From: the human T2T-CHM13v2.0 reference genome, Homo sapiens
Length of the DNA stretch: 64,000 bases
Assembly: GCF_009914755.1 (NCBI RefSeq)
Contig: NC_060933.1
Reading direction: 5' to 3' (one strand)
Both the position numbers and the translations under genes were made by a program. This document shows positions 1 through 15,400 of this stretch, in pieces (positions within the stretch are counted from its first letter, which is position 1; each line of letters begins with the position of its first letter). The notes beneath the pieces were generated by a model. The model was given only the letters and a program-made list of their open reading frames with translations. It did no database searches and was not told the DNA's origin.

Positions 1-1409
1 TCTTTCCATTCCATTCAAGTTGAATCCATTCCATTGCATTCTTTTCCATTCGATTCCATTCGATTGCACTCGGGTTGATTCCATTCCATTGCATTCCATT
101 CCATTCCAATCCATTCCATTCCATTCCATTCCATTCCGTTCAATTCCATTCCAATCCATTCCATTCCATTCCATTCCATTCCGTTTCATTCCATTCCATT
201 ACATTCGGATTGATTCTATTCAATTCCCTTACACTCCATTACATTCCATTCCATTCGGGTAGTTTCCATTAAATTCCATTCCATTCCTCTCCATTCCATT
301 GAACTCGGGTTGATTCCATTCCATTGCATTCCATTCCATTCCATTCAATTCCATTCCGTTCCATTCCATTCCATTACATTCGGATTGATTCTATTCAACT
401 CCCTTACTCTCCATTACATTCCATTCCATTCGGGTTGTTCCATTCCATTCCATTCCATTCCACTCCATTCCATTGCACTCGGGTTTATTCCATTCCATTC
501 CATTCCATTCCATTCCATTCCATTCCGTTCCATTCCGGAAGATTCCATTCCATTGCATTCCATTCCATTCCATTCCCCTGCACTCGCTTTGATTCCATTC
601 CATTCCATTCCATTCCATTTCATTCCATTCCTTTCCGTTCCATTCCATTCCATTCCATTCCATTCCGTTCCGTTCCGTTCCATTCCATTCCATTCCATTC
701 TATTCGGGTTAATTCCATTCCATTCCATTCGATTGCAATCGAGTTGATTCCATTCCATTCCATTCCATTCCATTCCATTCCATTCCATTCCATTCCTTTC
801 CATTTCATTACGGATGATTCCATTCCATTGCATTCCATTCCATTCCATTCCCCTGTACTCGGGTTGATTCCATTCCATTCCATTCCAATCCATGCCATTC
901 CACTCGTGTTGATTCCATTCTTTCCATTCCATTCAAGTTGAATCCATTCCATTGCATTCCATTCCATTCCATTCCCCTGCAGTCGGGTTGATTCCATTCC
1001 ATTCCATTCCATTCCATTCCATTCAATTCCATTCCATTACAATTCGTTCCATAACATTCTATTCCGTAGCATTCCGTTCCATTCCATAACATTCCATTCC
1101 ATTCCATTCCATTCCATTCCATTCCGTTCCATTCTGTTCCATTCCATTCCATTCCATTCTATTCAGATTAATTCCATTCCATTCCATTCCATTCCATTCC
1201 ATTCCATTCCGGATGATTCCATTCGATTGCATTCCGTTCCATTACATTCCCCTGCACTCGCGTTGATTCCATTCCATTCCATTCCATTCCATTCAATTCC
1301 ATTCCATTACAATTCGTTCCATTCCATTCTATTCTGTACCATTCCATTCCATTCCATACCATACCATTCCATTCCATTCCATTCCATTCCGTTCCATTCC
1401 GTTCCATTC

Positions 1410-3550
1410 CATTCCATTCCATTCTATTCGGGTTAATTCCATTCCATTCCATTCCATTCCATTCCATTCCATTCTATTCCATTGCATTGCAATCGAGTTG
1501 AATCCATTGCATTTCATTCCATTCCATTCCATTCCATTCCGGAAGATTCCATTCCATTGCATTCCATTCCATTCCATTCCCCTGCACTCGCGTTGATTCC
1601 ATTCCATTCCATTCCATTCCATTCCATCCATTCCGTTCCGTTCCGTTCCATTCCATTCTATTCCATTCCATTCCATTCCGTTCCGTTCCATTCCATTCCA
1701 TTCCATTCTATTCGGGTTAATTCCATTCCATTCCATTCGATTGCAATCGAGTTGATTCCATTCCATTCCATTCCATTCCATTCCTTTCCATTCCATTTCG
1801 GATGATTCCATTCCATTGCATTCCATTCCATTCCATTCCCCTGTACTCGGGTTGATTCCATTCCATTCCATTCCAATTCTTGTCCTTCCACTCGTGTTGA
1901 TTCCATTCTTTCCATTCCATTCAAGTTGAATCCATTCCATTGCATTCCATTCCATTTGATTCCATTCGATTGCACTCGGGTTGATTCCATTCCGTTGCAT
2001 TCCATTCCATTCCATTCCATTCCATCCCATTCCATTCCGTTCCATTCCATTCCATTACATTCGGATTGATTCTATTCAATTCCCTTACACTCCATTACAT
2101 TCCATTCCATTCGGGTAGTTTCCATTCCATTCCATTCCATTCCTCTCCATTCCATTGCACTCGGGTTGATTCCATTCCATTCCATTCCATTCAATTCCAT
2201 TCCGTTCCATTCCTTTCCATTACATTCGGATTGATTCTATTCAACTCCCTTACTCTCTATTACATTCCATTCCATTCGGGTTGTTCCATTCCATTCCATT
2301 CCATTCCACTCCATTCCATTGCACTCGGGTTTATTCCATTCCATTCCATTCCATTCCATTCCATTCCATTCCATTCCATTCCGGAAGATTCCATTCCATT
2401 GCATTCCATTCCATTCCATTCCCCTGAACTCGCGTTGATTCCATTCCATTCCATTCCATTCCATTCCATTCCTTTCCGTTCCATTCCATTCCATTCCATT
2501 CTATTCGGGTTAATTCCATTCCATTCCATTCCATTCCATTCCATTCTATTCCATTGCATTGCAATCGAGTTGAATCCATTGCATTTCATTCCATTCCATT
2601 CCATTCCATTCCGGAAGATTCCATTCCATTGCATTCCATTCCATTCCATTCCCCTGCACTCGCGTTGATTCCATTCCATTCCATTCCATTCCATTCCATC
2701 CATTCCGTTCCGTTCCGTTCCATTCCATTCTATTCCATTCCATTCCATTCCGTTCCGTTCCATTCCATTCCATTCCATTCTATTCGGGTTAATTCCATTC
2801 CATTCCATTCGATTGCAATCGAGTTGATTACATTCCATTCCATTCCATTCCATTCCTTTCCATTCCATTTCGGATGATTCCATTCCATTGCATTCCATTC
2901 CATTCCATTCCCCTGTACTCGGGTTGATTCCATTCCATTCCATTCCAATTCTTGTCCTTCCACTCGTGTTGATTCCATTCTTTCCATTCCATTCAAGTTG
3001 AATCCATTCCATTGCATTCCATTCCATTGGATTCCATTCGATTGCACTCGGGTTGATTCCATTCCGTTGCATTCCATTCCATTCCATTCCATTCCATCCC
3101 ATTCCATTCCGTTCCATTCCATTCCATTACATTCGGATTGATTCTATTCAATTCCCTTACACTCCATTACATTCCATTCCATTCGGGTAGTTTCCATTCC
3201 ATTCCATTCCATTCCTCTCCATTCCATTGCACTCGGGTTGATTCCATTCCATTCCCTTCCATTCAATTCCATTCCGTTCCATTCCTTTCCATTACATTCG
3301 GATTGATTCTATTCAACTCCCTTACTCTCCATTACATTCCATTCCATTCGGGTTGTTCCATTCCATTCCATTCCATTCCACTCCATTCCATTGCACTCGG
3401 GTTTATTCCATTCCATTCCATTCCATTCCATTCCATTCCATTCCATTCCGGAAGATTCCATTCCATTGCATTCCATTCCATTCCATTCCCCTGAACTCGC
3501 GTTGATTCCATTCCATTCCATTCCATTCCATTCCATTCCTTTCCGTTCCA
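1410..3550 (+). repeat. ~1.07-kb tandem duplication (2 copies, ~1410-2480 and ~2480-3550)
   Basis: Near-identical ORFs at offset 1072 (1474/2546, 1482/2554, 1658/2730, 2066/3138). Private variants CCAATTCTTGTCCTTCC (~1873, ~2945), CCATCCATTCCG and CCCCTGAACTCGCG are shared by both copies. Confidence 0.9.
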
Positions 3551-6474
3551 TTCCATTCCATTCCATTCCATTCCAATCCATTCCATTCCGTTCCGTTCCG
3601 TTCCATTCCATTCCATTCCATTCTATTCGGGTTAATTCCATTCCATTCCATTCGATTGCAATCGAGTTGATTCCATTCCATTCTATTCCATTCCATTCCA
3701 TTCCATTCCATTCCTTTCCATTCCATTACGGATGATTCCATTCCATTGCATTCCATTCCATTCCATTCCCATGTACTCGGGTTGATTCCATTCCATTCCA
3801 TTCCAATCCATGCCATTCCACTCGTGTTGATTCCATTCTTTCCATTCCATTCAAGTTGAATCCATTCCATTGCATTTAATTCCATTCCATTCCCCTGCAC
3901 TCACGTTGATTCCATTCCATTCCATTGCATCTCATTCCATTCCGTACCGTTCCATTCCATTCCATTCCATTCCGTTCCGTTCCATTCCATTCCATTCCAT
4001 TCTATTCGGGTTAATTCCATTCCATTCCATTCGATTGCAATCGAGTTGATTCCATTCCATTCCATTCCATTCCATTCCATTCCATTCCATTCCATTCCTT
4101 TCCATTCCATTACGGATGATTCCATTCCATTGCATTCCATTCCATTCCATTCCCCTGTACTCGGGTTGATTCCATTCCATTCCATTCCAATCCATGGCAT
4201 TCCACTCGTGTTGATTCCATTCTTTCCATTAAATTCAAGTTGAATCCATTCCATTGCATTCCATTCCATTCGATTCCATTCGATTGCACTCGGGTTGATT
4301 CCATTCCATTGCATTCCATTCCATTCGATTCCATTCCATTCCATTCCATTCCATTCCATTCCGTTCCATTCCATTCCATTACATTCGGATTGATTCTATT
4401 CAATTCCGTTACACTCCATTACATTCCATTCCATTCGGGTAGTTTCCATTCCATTCCATTCCATTCCTCTCCATTCCATTGCACTCGGGTTGATTCCATT
4501 CCATTCCATTCCATTCAATTCCATTCCGTTCCATTCCATTCCATTACATTCGGATTGATTCTATTCAACTCCCTTACTCTCCATTACATTCCATTCCATT
4601 CGGGTTGTTCCATTCCATTCCATTCCATTCCACTCCATTCCATTGCACTCGGGTTTAATCCATTCCATTCCATTCCATTCCATTCCATTCCGTTCCGTTC
4701 CATTCCATTCCATTCCATTCTATTCGGGTTAATTCCATTCCATTCCATTCCATTCCATTCCAATCGAGTTGATTCCATTCCATTCCATTCCATTCCATTC
4801 CACTCCATTCCAGTCCTTTCCATTCCATTCCACTCGGGTTGATTCCAATGTATTCCTTTCCATTCCATTTAATTCCATTGCAATCGAGTTGATTCCATTG
4901 CTTTGCATTCCATTCCTTTCCATTCCATTCCGGATGATTCCATTCCATTGCATTCCATTCCATTCCATTCTCCTGCACTCGGGTTGATTCCATTCCATTC
5001 CACTCCATTCCGTTCCATTCCATTCCATTCCATTGTATTCGGGTTAATTCCATTCCATTGCATTCCATTCCATTCCATTCCATTACAATCGAGTTGATTC
5101 CATTCCATTCCATTCCATTCCAGTCCTTTCCATTCCATTCCACTTGGGTTGATTCCATTCTATTAGTTTCCATTCCATTCCATTCCCTTCCATTCCACTC
5201 TGGTTGATACCTTTCCTTTCCATTCCACTCGAATACATTCCCTCCTATTCCACTCGGAACGATTCCATTCCATTCCATTCCATTCCATTCCATTCCATTC
5301 CATTCCATTCCATTGTACTCGGGTTGATTCAATTCCATTGCATTCCATTCCATTCCATTCCATTCCATTCCGTTGCATTCCATTCCATTACATTCGGATT
5401 GATTCTATTCAACTCCCTTACTCTCCATTTCATTCCATTCCATTCGGGTTGTTCCATTCCATTCCATTCCACTCCATTCCATTGCACTCGGGTTGATTCC
5501 ATTCCATTCCATTCCATTCCATTCCATTCCATTCCGGATGATTCCATTCCATTGCATTCCGTTCCATTACATTCCCCTGCACTCGCGTTGATTCCATTCC
5601 ATTCCATTCCATTCCATTCAATTCCATTCCATTACAATTCGTTCCATTCCATTCTATTCCGTACCATTCCATTCCATTCCATACCATTCCATTCCATTCC
5701 ATTCCAGTCCATTCCGTTCCATTCCGTTCCATTCCATTCCATTCCATTCTATTCGGATTAATTCCATTCCATTCCATTCCATTCCATTCTATTCCATTCC
5801 ATTGCAATCGAGTTGAATCCATTGCATTTCATTCCATTCCATTCCATTCCATTCCATTCCGGAAGATTCCATTCCATTGCATTCCATTCCATTCCATTCC
5901 CCTGCACTCGCGTTGATTCCATTCCATTCCATTCCATTCCATTCCATTCCGTTCCGTTCCATTCCATTCCATTCCATTCCATTCCATTCCGTTCCGTTCC
6001 ATTCCATTCCATTCCATTCTATTCGGGTTAATTCCATTCCATTCCATTCGATTGCAATCGAGTTGATTCCATTCCATTCCATTCCATTCCATTCCATTCC
6101 ATTCCATTCCTTTCCATTCCATTAAGGATGATTCCATTCCATTGCATTCCATTCCATTCCATTCCCCTGTACTCGGGTTGATTCCATTCCATTCCATTCC
6201 AATCCATGCCATTCCACTCGTGTTGATTCCATTCTTTCCATTCCATTCAAGTTGAATCCATTCCATTGCATTCCATTCCATTCGATTCCATTCGATTGCA
6301 CTCGGGTTGATTCCATTCCATTGCATTCCATTCCATTCCATTCCATTCCATTCCATTCCATTCCGTTCCATTCCATTACTTTCGGATTGATTGTATTCAA
6401 TTCCCTTACACTCCATTACATTCCATTCCATTCGGGTAGTTTCCATTCCATTCCATTCCATTCCTCTCCATTCC

Positions 6475-9400
6475 ATTGCACTCGGGTTGATTCCATTCCA
6501 TTGCATTCCATTCCATTCCATTCCGTTCCATTCCATTCCATTCCGTTCCATTCCATTTCATTACATTCAGATTGATTCTATTCAATTCCCTTACACTGAA
6601 TTATATTCCAATCCATTCTGGTTGTCTCCATTCCATTCCATTCCATTTCACTCCATTCCATTGCTCTCGGGTTGATTCCATTACATTCCATTCCATTGCA
6701 TTCCATTCCATTCCATTCCGGATGATTCCATTCCATTGCATTCCATTCCATTCCATTCCCCTGCACTCGGGTTGATTCCATTCCATTCCATTACATTACA
6801 TTCCGTTCTATTCCATTCCATTCCATTCGGATTGATTCTATTCAATTCCCTTACACTCCATTACATTCCATTCCATTCGGGTAGTTTCCATTCCATTCCA
6901 TTCCATTCCTCTCCATTCCATTGCACTCGGGTTGATTCAATTCCATTCCATTCCGTTCCATTCCATTACATTACATTACATTACATTCCGTTCCGTTGTA
7001 CTCGGGTTGATTCCATTCCATTGCATTCCATTCCATTCCATTCCATTCCATTCCATTCCATTCCATTCCGTTCCATTCCATTACATTCGGATTGATTCTG
7101 TTCAACTCCCTTACTCTCCATTACGTTCCATTCCATTCGGGTTGTTCCATTCCATTCCATTCCATTCCACTCCATTCCATTGCGCTTGGGTTGATTCCAT
7201 TCCATTCCATTCCATTCCATTCCATTCCAATTCTTTCCATTCCATTCTATTCCGTACCATTCCATTCCATTCCATACAATTCCATTCCATTCCTTTCCAC
7301 TCCGTTCCGTTCCGTTCCGTTCTGTTCCATTCCATTCCATTCCATTCCATTCTATTCGGTTTAATTCCATTCCATTCCATTCCATTCCATTCCATTCTAT
7401 TCCATTCCATTGCAATCGAGTTGAATCCATTGCATTCCATTCCATTCCATTCCATTCCATTCCATTCCATTCCGGAAGATTCCATTCCATTGCATTCCAT
7501 TCCATTCCATTCCATTCCATTCCATTCCATTCCATTCCATTGTACTTGGGTTGATTCCATTCCATTGCATTCCATTCCATTCCATTCCATTCCATTCCAT
7601 TCCATTCCGTTCCATTCCATTCCATTACATTCGGATTGATTCTTTTCAACTCCCTTACTCTCCATTACATTCCATTCCATTCGGGTTGTTCCATTCCATT
7701 CCATTCCATTCCACTCCATTCCATTGCACTCGGGTTGATTCCATTCCATTATATTCCATTCCATTCCGGATGATTCCATTCCATTGCATTCCGTTCCATT
7801 ACATTCCCCTGCACTCGGGTTGATTCCATTCCATTCCTTTCCATTCCATTCGATTCCATTCCATTCCCCTGCACTCGCGTTGATTCCATTCCATTCCATT
7901 CCATTCCATTCCATTCCATTCCATTCCATTCCTTTCCGTTCCATTCCATTCCATTCCATTCCATTCCGTTCCGTTCCATTCCATTCCATTCCATTCTATT
8001 CGGGTTAATTCCATTCCATTCCATTCGATTGCAATCGAGTTGATTCCATTCCATTCCATTCCATTCCATTCCATTCCATTCCACTCCCTTCCATTCCTTT
8101 CCATTCCATAACGGATGATTCCATTCCATTGCATTCCATTCCATTCCATTCACCTGTACTCGGGTTGATTCCATTCCATTCCATTCCAATCCATGCCATT
8201 CCACTCGTGTTGATTCCATTCTTTCCATTCCATTCAAGTTGAATCTATTCCATTGCCTTCCATTCCATTCCATTCCCCTGCAGTCGGGTTGATTCCATTC
8301 CATTCCATTCCATTCCATTCCATTCCATTCCATTCCATTCCATTCCGTTCCGTTCCATTCCATTCCATTCCATTCTATTCGGGTTAATTCCATTCCATTC
8401 CATTCCATTGCATTCCAATCGAGTTGATTCCATTCCATTCCATTCCATTCCAGTCCATTCCAGTCCTTTCCATTCCATTCCACTCGGGTTGATTCCAATG
8501 TATTCCTTTCCATTCCATTCCATTCCATTGCAATCGAGTTGATTCCATTGCTTTGCATTCCATTCCATTCCATTCCATTCCGGATGATTCCATTCCATTG
8601 CATTCCATTCCATTCCATTCCCCAGCACTCGGGTTGATTCCATTCCATTCCATTCCATTCCATTCCATTCCATTCCATTCCATTTCGTTCCATTCCATTC
8701 TATTCCGTATCATTCCATTCCATTCCATTCCATTCCATTCCATTCCATTGTACTCGGGTTGATTCAATTCCATTGCATTCCATTCCATTCCATTCCATTC
8801 CATTCCGTTGCATTCCATTCCATTATTTTCGGATTCATTCTATTCAACTCCCTTACTCTCCATTACATTCCATTCCATTCTGGTTGTTCCATTCCATTCC
8901 ATTCCATTCCACTCCATTCCATTGCACTCGGGTTGATTCCATTCCATTCCATTCCATTCCATTCCATTCCAGATGATTCCATTCCATTGCATTCCTTTCC
9001 ATTACATTCCCCTGCACTCGCGTTGATTCCATTGCGTTCCATTCCATTACATTCAATTCCATTCCATTTCAATTCGTTCCATTCCATTCTATTCCATACC
9101 ATTCCATTCCATTCCATACAATTCCATTCCATTCCATTCCATTCAATTCCGTTCCATTCCGTTCCATTGCATTCCATTCCATTCTATTCGGATTAATTCC
9201 ATTCCATTCCATTCCATTCCATTCTATTCCATTCCATTGCAATCGAGTTGACTCCATTGCATTTCATTCCATTCCATTCCATTCCATTCCATTCCGGAAG
9301 ATTCCATTCCATTGCATTCCATTCCATTCCATTCCCCTGCACTCGCGTTGATTCCATTCCATTCCATTCCGTTCCATTCCATTCCATTCAATTCCATTCC

Positions 9401-12400
9401 ATTCCATTCCGTTCCGTTCCATTCCATTCCATTCCATTCTATCCGGGTTAATTCCATTCCATTCCATTCGATTGCAATCGATTTGATTCCTTTCCATTCC
9501 ATTCCACTCCATTCCATTCCATTGCATTCCATTCCATTCCTTTCCATTCCATTACGGTTGATTCCATTCCATTGCATTCCATTCCATTCCATTCCCCTGT
9601 ACTCGGGTTGATTCCATTCCATTCCATTCCAATCCATGCCATTCCACTCGTGTTGATTCCATTCTTTCCATTCCATTCAAGTTGAATCCATTCCATTGCA
9701 TTCCATTCCATTCGATTCCATTCGATTGCACTCGGGTTGATTCCATTCCATTGCATTCCATTCCATTCCATTCCATTCCATTCCATTCCATTCCATTCCG
9801 TTCCATACCATTCCATTACATTCGGATTGATTCTATTCAATTCCCTTACACTCCATTACATTCCATTCCATTCGGGTAGTTTCCATTCCATTCCATTCCA
9901 TTCCTCTCCATTCCATTGCACTCGGGTTGATTCCATTCCATTGCATTCCATTCCATTCCATTCAATTCCATTGCGTTCCATTCCATTCCATTACATTCGG
10001 ATTGATTCTATTCAACTCCCTTACTCTCCATTACATTCCATTCCATTCGGGTTGTTCCATTCCATTCCATTCCATTCCACTCCATTCCATTGCACTCGGG
10101 TTGATTCCATTCCATTCCATTCCATTCCATTCCATTCCCTTCCTTTCCGTTCCACTCCATTCCATTCCATTCCATTCCATTCCATTCCATTCCGTTCCGT
10201 TCCATTCCATTCCATTCCATTCTATTCGGGTTAATTCCATTCCATTCCATTCGATTGCAATCGAGTTGATTCCATTCCATTCCATTCCATTCCATTCCAT
10301 TCCATTCCTTTCCATTCCATTACGGATGATTCCATTCCATTGCATTCCATTCCATTCCATTCCCCTATACTCGGGTTGATTCCATTCCATTCCATTCCAA
10401 TCCATGCCATTCCACTCGTGTTGATTCCATTCTTTCCATTCCATTCAAGTTGAATCCATTCCATTGCATTCCATTCCATTCGATTCCATTCGATTGCACT
10501 CGGGTTGATTCCATTCCATTGCATTCCATTCCATTCCGTTCCATTCCATTCCATTCCGTTCCATTCCATTTCATTACATTCAGATTGATTCTATTCAATT
10601 CCCTTACACTCCATTATATTCCAATCCATTCTGGTTGTCTCCATTCCATTCCATTCCATTTCACTCCATTCCATTGCTCTCGGGTTGATTCCATTACATT
10701 CCATTCCATTGCATTCCATTCCATTCCATTCCCCTGCACTCGGGTTGATTCCATTCCATTCCATTACATTACATTCCGTTCTATTCCATTCCATTCCATT
10801 CGGATTGATTCTATTCAATTCCCTTACACTCCATTACATTCCATTCCATTCGGGTAGTTTCCATTCCATTCCATTCCATTCCTCTCCATTCCATTGCACT
10901 CGGGTTGATTCAATTCCATTCCATTCCGTTCCATTCCATTACATTACATTACATTACATTCCGTTCCGTTGTACTCGGGTTGATTCCATTCCATTGCATT
11001 CCATTCCATTCCATTCCATTCCATTCCATTCCATTCCATTCCATTCCATTCCGTTCCATTCCATTACATTCGGATTGATTCTGTTCAACTCCCTTACTCT
11101 CCATTACATTCCATTCCATTCGGGTTGTTCCATTCCATTCCATTCCATTCCACTCCATTCCATTGCGCTTGGGTTGATTCCATTCCATTCCATTCCATTC
11201 CATTCCATTCCAATTCTTTCCATTCCATTCTATTCCGTACCATTCCATTCCATTCCATACAATTCCATTCCATTCCTTTCCACTCCGTTCCGTTCCGTTC
11301 CGTTCTGTTCCATTCCATTCCATTCCATTCCATTCTATTCGGTTTAATTCCATTCCATTCCATTCCATTCCATTCCATTCCATTCTATTCCATTCCATTG
11401 CAATCGAGTTTAATCCATTGCATTCCATTCCATTCCATTCCATTCCATTCCATTCCATTCCGGAAGATTCCATTCCATTGCATTCCATTCCATTCCATTC
11501 CATTCCATTCCATTCCATTCCATTCCATTGTACTTGGGTTGATTCCATTCCATTGCATTCCATTCCATTCCATTCCATTCCATTCCATTCCATTCCGTTC
11601 CATTCCATTCCATTACATTCGGATTGATTCTTTTCAACTCCCTTACTCTCCATTACATTCCATTCCATTCGGGTTGTTCCATTCCATTCCATTCCATTCC
11701 ACTCCATTCCATTGCACTCGGGTTGATTCCATTCCATTATATTCCATTCCATTCCGGATGATTCCATTCCATTGCATTCCGTTCCATTACATTCCCCTGC
11801 ACTCGGGTTGATTCCATTCCATTCCTTTCCATTCCATTCGATTCCATTCCATTCCCCTGCACTCGCGTTGATTCCATTCCATTCCATTCCATTCCATTCC
11901 ATTCCTTTCCGTTCCATTCCATTCCATTCCATTCCATTCCGTTCCGTTCCATTCCATTCCATTCCATTCTGTTCGGGTTAATTCCATTCCATTCCATTCG
12001 ATTGCAATCGAGTTGATTCCATTCCATTCCATTCCATTCCATTCCATTCCATTCCACTCCATTCCATTCCTTTCCATTCCATAACGGATGATTCCATTCC
12101 ATTGCATTCCATTCCATTCCATTCACCTGTACTCGGGTTGATTCCATTCCATTCCATTCCAATCCATGCCATTCCACTCGTGTTGATTCCATTCTTTCCA
12201 TTCCATTCAAGTTGAATCTATTCCATTGCCTTCCATTCCATTCCATTCCCCTGCAGTCGGGTTGATTCCATTCCATTCCATTCCATTCCATTCCATTCCA
12301 TTCCATTCCATTCCATTCCGTTCCGTTCCATTCCATTCCATTCCATTCTATTCGGGTTAATTCCATTCCATTCCATTCCATTGCATTCCAATCGAGTTGA

Positions 12401-15400
12401 TTCCATTCCATTCCATTCCATTCCAGTCCATTCCAGTCCTTTCCATTCCATTCCACTCGGGTTGATTCCAATGTATTCCTTTCCATTCCTTTCCATTCCA
12501 TTGCAATCGAGTTGATTCCATTGCTTTGCATTCCATTCCATTCCATTCCATTCCGGATGATTCCATTCCATTGCATTCCATTCCATTCCATTCCCCAGCA
12601 CTCGGGTTGATTCCATTCCATTCCATTCCATTCCATTTCGTTCCATTCCATTCTATTCCGTATCATTCCATTCCATTCCATTCCATTCCATTCCATTCCA
12701 TTGTACTCGGGTTGATTCAATTCCATTGCATTCCATTCCATTCCATTCCATTCCATTCCGTTGCATTCCATTCCATTATTTTCGGATTCATTCTATTCAA
12801 CTCCCTTACTCTCCATTACATTCCATTCCATTCTGGTTGTTCCATTCCATTCCATTCCATTCCACTCCATTCCATTGCACTCGGGTTGATTCCATTCCAT
12901 TCCATTCCATTCCATTCCATTCCGGATGATTCCATTCCATTGCATTCCTTTCCATTACATTCCCCTGCACTCGCGTTGATTCCATTGCGTTCCATTCCAT
13001 TACATTCAATTCCATTCCATTTCAATTCGTTCCATTCCATTCTATTCCATACCATTCCATTCCATTCCATACAATTCCATTCCATTCCATTCCATTCAAT
13101 TCCGTTCCATTCCGTTCCATTGCATTCCATTCCATTCTATTCGGATTAATTCCATTCCATTCCATTCCATTCCATTCTATTCCATTCCATTGCAATCGAG
13201 TTGACTCCATTGCATTTCATTCCATTCCATTCCATTCCATTCCATTCCGGAAGATTCCATTCCATTGCATTCCATTCCATTCCATTCCCCTGCACTCGCG
13301 TTGATTCCATTCCATTCCATTCCGTTCCATTCCATTCCATTCAATTCCATTCCATTCCATTCCGTTCCGTTCCATTCCATTCCATTCCATTCTATCCGGG
13401 TTAATTCCATTCCATTCCATTCGATTGCAATCGATTTGATTCCTTTCCATTCCATTCCACTCCATTCCATTCCATTGCATTCCATTCCATTCCTTTCCAT
13501 TCCATTACGGTTGATTCCATTCCATTGCATTCCATTCCATTCCATTCCCCTGTACTCGGGTTGATTCCATTCCATTCCATTCCAATCCATGCCATTCCAC
13601 TCGTGTTGATTCCATTCTTTCCATTCCATTCAAGTTGAATCCATTCCATTGCATTCCATTCCATTCGATTCCATTCGATTGCACTCGGGTTGATTCCATT
13701 CCATTGCATTCCATTCCATTCCATTCCATTCCATTCCATTCCATTCCATTCCGTTCCATACCATTCCATTACATTCGGATTGATTCTATTCAATTCCCTT
13801 ACACTCCATTACATTCCATTCCATTCGGGTAGTTTCCATTCCATTCCATTCCATTCCTCTCCATTCCATTGCACTCGGGTTGATTCCATTCCATTGCATT
13901 CCATTCCATTCCATTCAATTCCATTGCGTTCCATTCCATTCCATTACATTCGGATTGATTCTATTCAACTCCCTTACTCTCCATTACATTCCATTCCATT
14001 CGGGTTGTTCCATTCCATTCCATTCCATTCCACTCCATTCCATTGCACTCGGGTTGATTCCATTCCATTCCATTCCATTCCATTCCATTCCCTTCCTTTC
14101 CGTTCCACTCCATTCCATTCCATTCCATTCCATTCCATTCCATTCCGTTCCGTTCCATTCCATTCCATTCCATTCTATTCGGGTTAATTCCATTCCATTC
14201 CATTCGATTGCAATCGAGTTGATTCCATTCCATTCCATTCCATTCCATTCCATTCCATTCCTTTCCATTCCATTACGGATGATTCCATTCCATTGCATTC
14301 CATTCCATTCCATTCCCCTATACTCGGGTTGATTCCATTCCATTCCATTCCAATCCATGCCATTCCACTCGTGTTGATTCCATTCTTTCCATTCCATTCA
14401 AGTTGAATCCATTCCATTGCATTCCATTCCATTCGATTCCATTCGATTGCACTCGGGTTGATTCCATTCCATTGCATTCCATTCCATTCCGTTCCATTCC
14501 ATTCCATTCCGTTCCATTCCATTTCATTACATTCAGATTGATTCTATTCAATTCCCTTACACTCCATTATATTCCAATCCATTCTGGTTGTCTCCATTCC
14601 ATTCCATTCCATTTCACTCCATTCCATTGCTCTCGGGTTGATTCCATTACATTCCATTCCATTGCATTCCATTCCATTCCATTCCCCTGCACTCGGGTTG
14701 ATTCCATTCCATTCCATTACATTACATTCCGTTCTATTCCATTCCATTCCATTCGGATTGATTCTATTCAATTCCCTTACACTCCATTACATTCCATTCC
14801 ATTCGGGTAGTTTCCATTCCATTCCATTCCATTCCTCTCCATTCCATTGCACTCGGGTTGATTCAATTCCATTCCATTCCGTTCCATTCCATTACATTAC
14901 ATTACATTACATTCCGTTCCGTTGTACTCGGGTTGATTCCATTCCATTGCATTCCATTCCATTCCATTCCATTCCATTCCATTCCATTCCATTCCATTCC
15001 ATTCCGTTCCATTCCATTACATTCGGATTGATTCTGTTCAACTCCCTTACTCTCCATTACATTCCATTCCATTCGGGTTGTTCCATTCCATTCCATTCCA
15101 TTCCACTCCATTCCATTGCGCTTGGGTTGATTCCATTCCATTCCATTCCATTCCATTCCATTCCAATTCTTTCCATTCCATTCTATTCCGTACCATTCCA
15201 TTCCATTCCATACAATTCCATTCCATTCCTTTCCACTCCGTTCCGTTCCGTTCCGTTCTGTTCCATTCCATTCCATTCCATTCCATTCTATTCGGTTTAA
15301 TTCCATTCCATTCCATTCCATTCCATTCCATTCCATTCTATTCCATTCCATTGCAATCGAGTTTAATCCATTGCATTCCATTCCATTCCATTCCATTCCA

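Noticed and set aside
532-546. TTCCGGAA as a STAT GAS site or canonical ETS site
   Set aside because: GAS sites need TTC-N3/N4-GAA, whereas this is N2. The ETS consensus CCGGAAGT is mismatched at the last base (CCGGAAGA), so HSE is the better fit.
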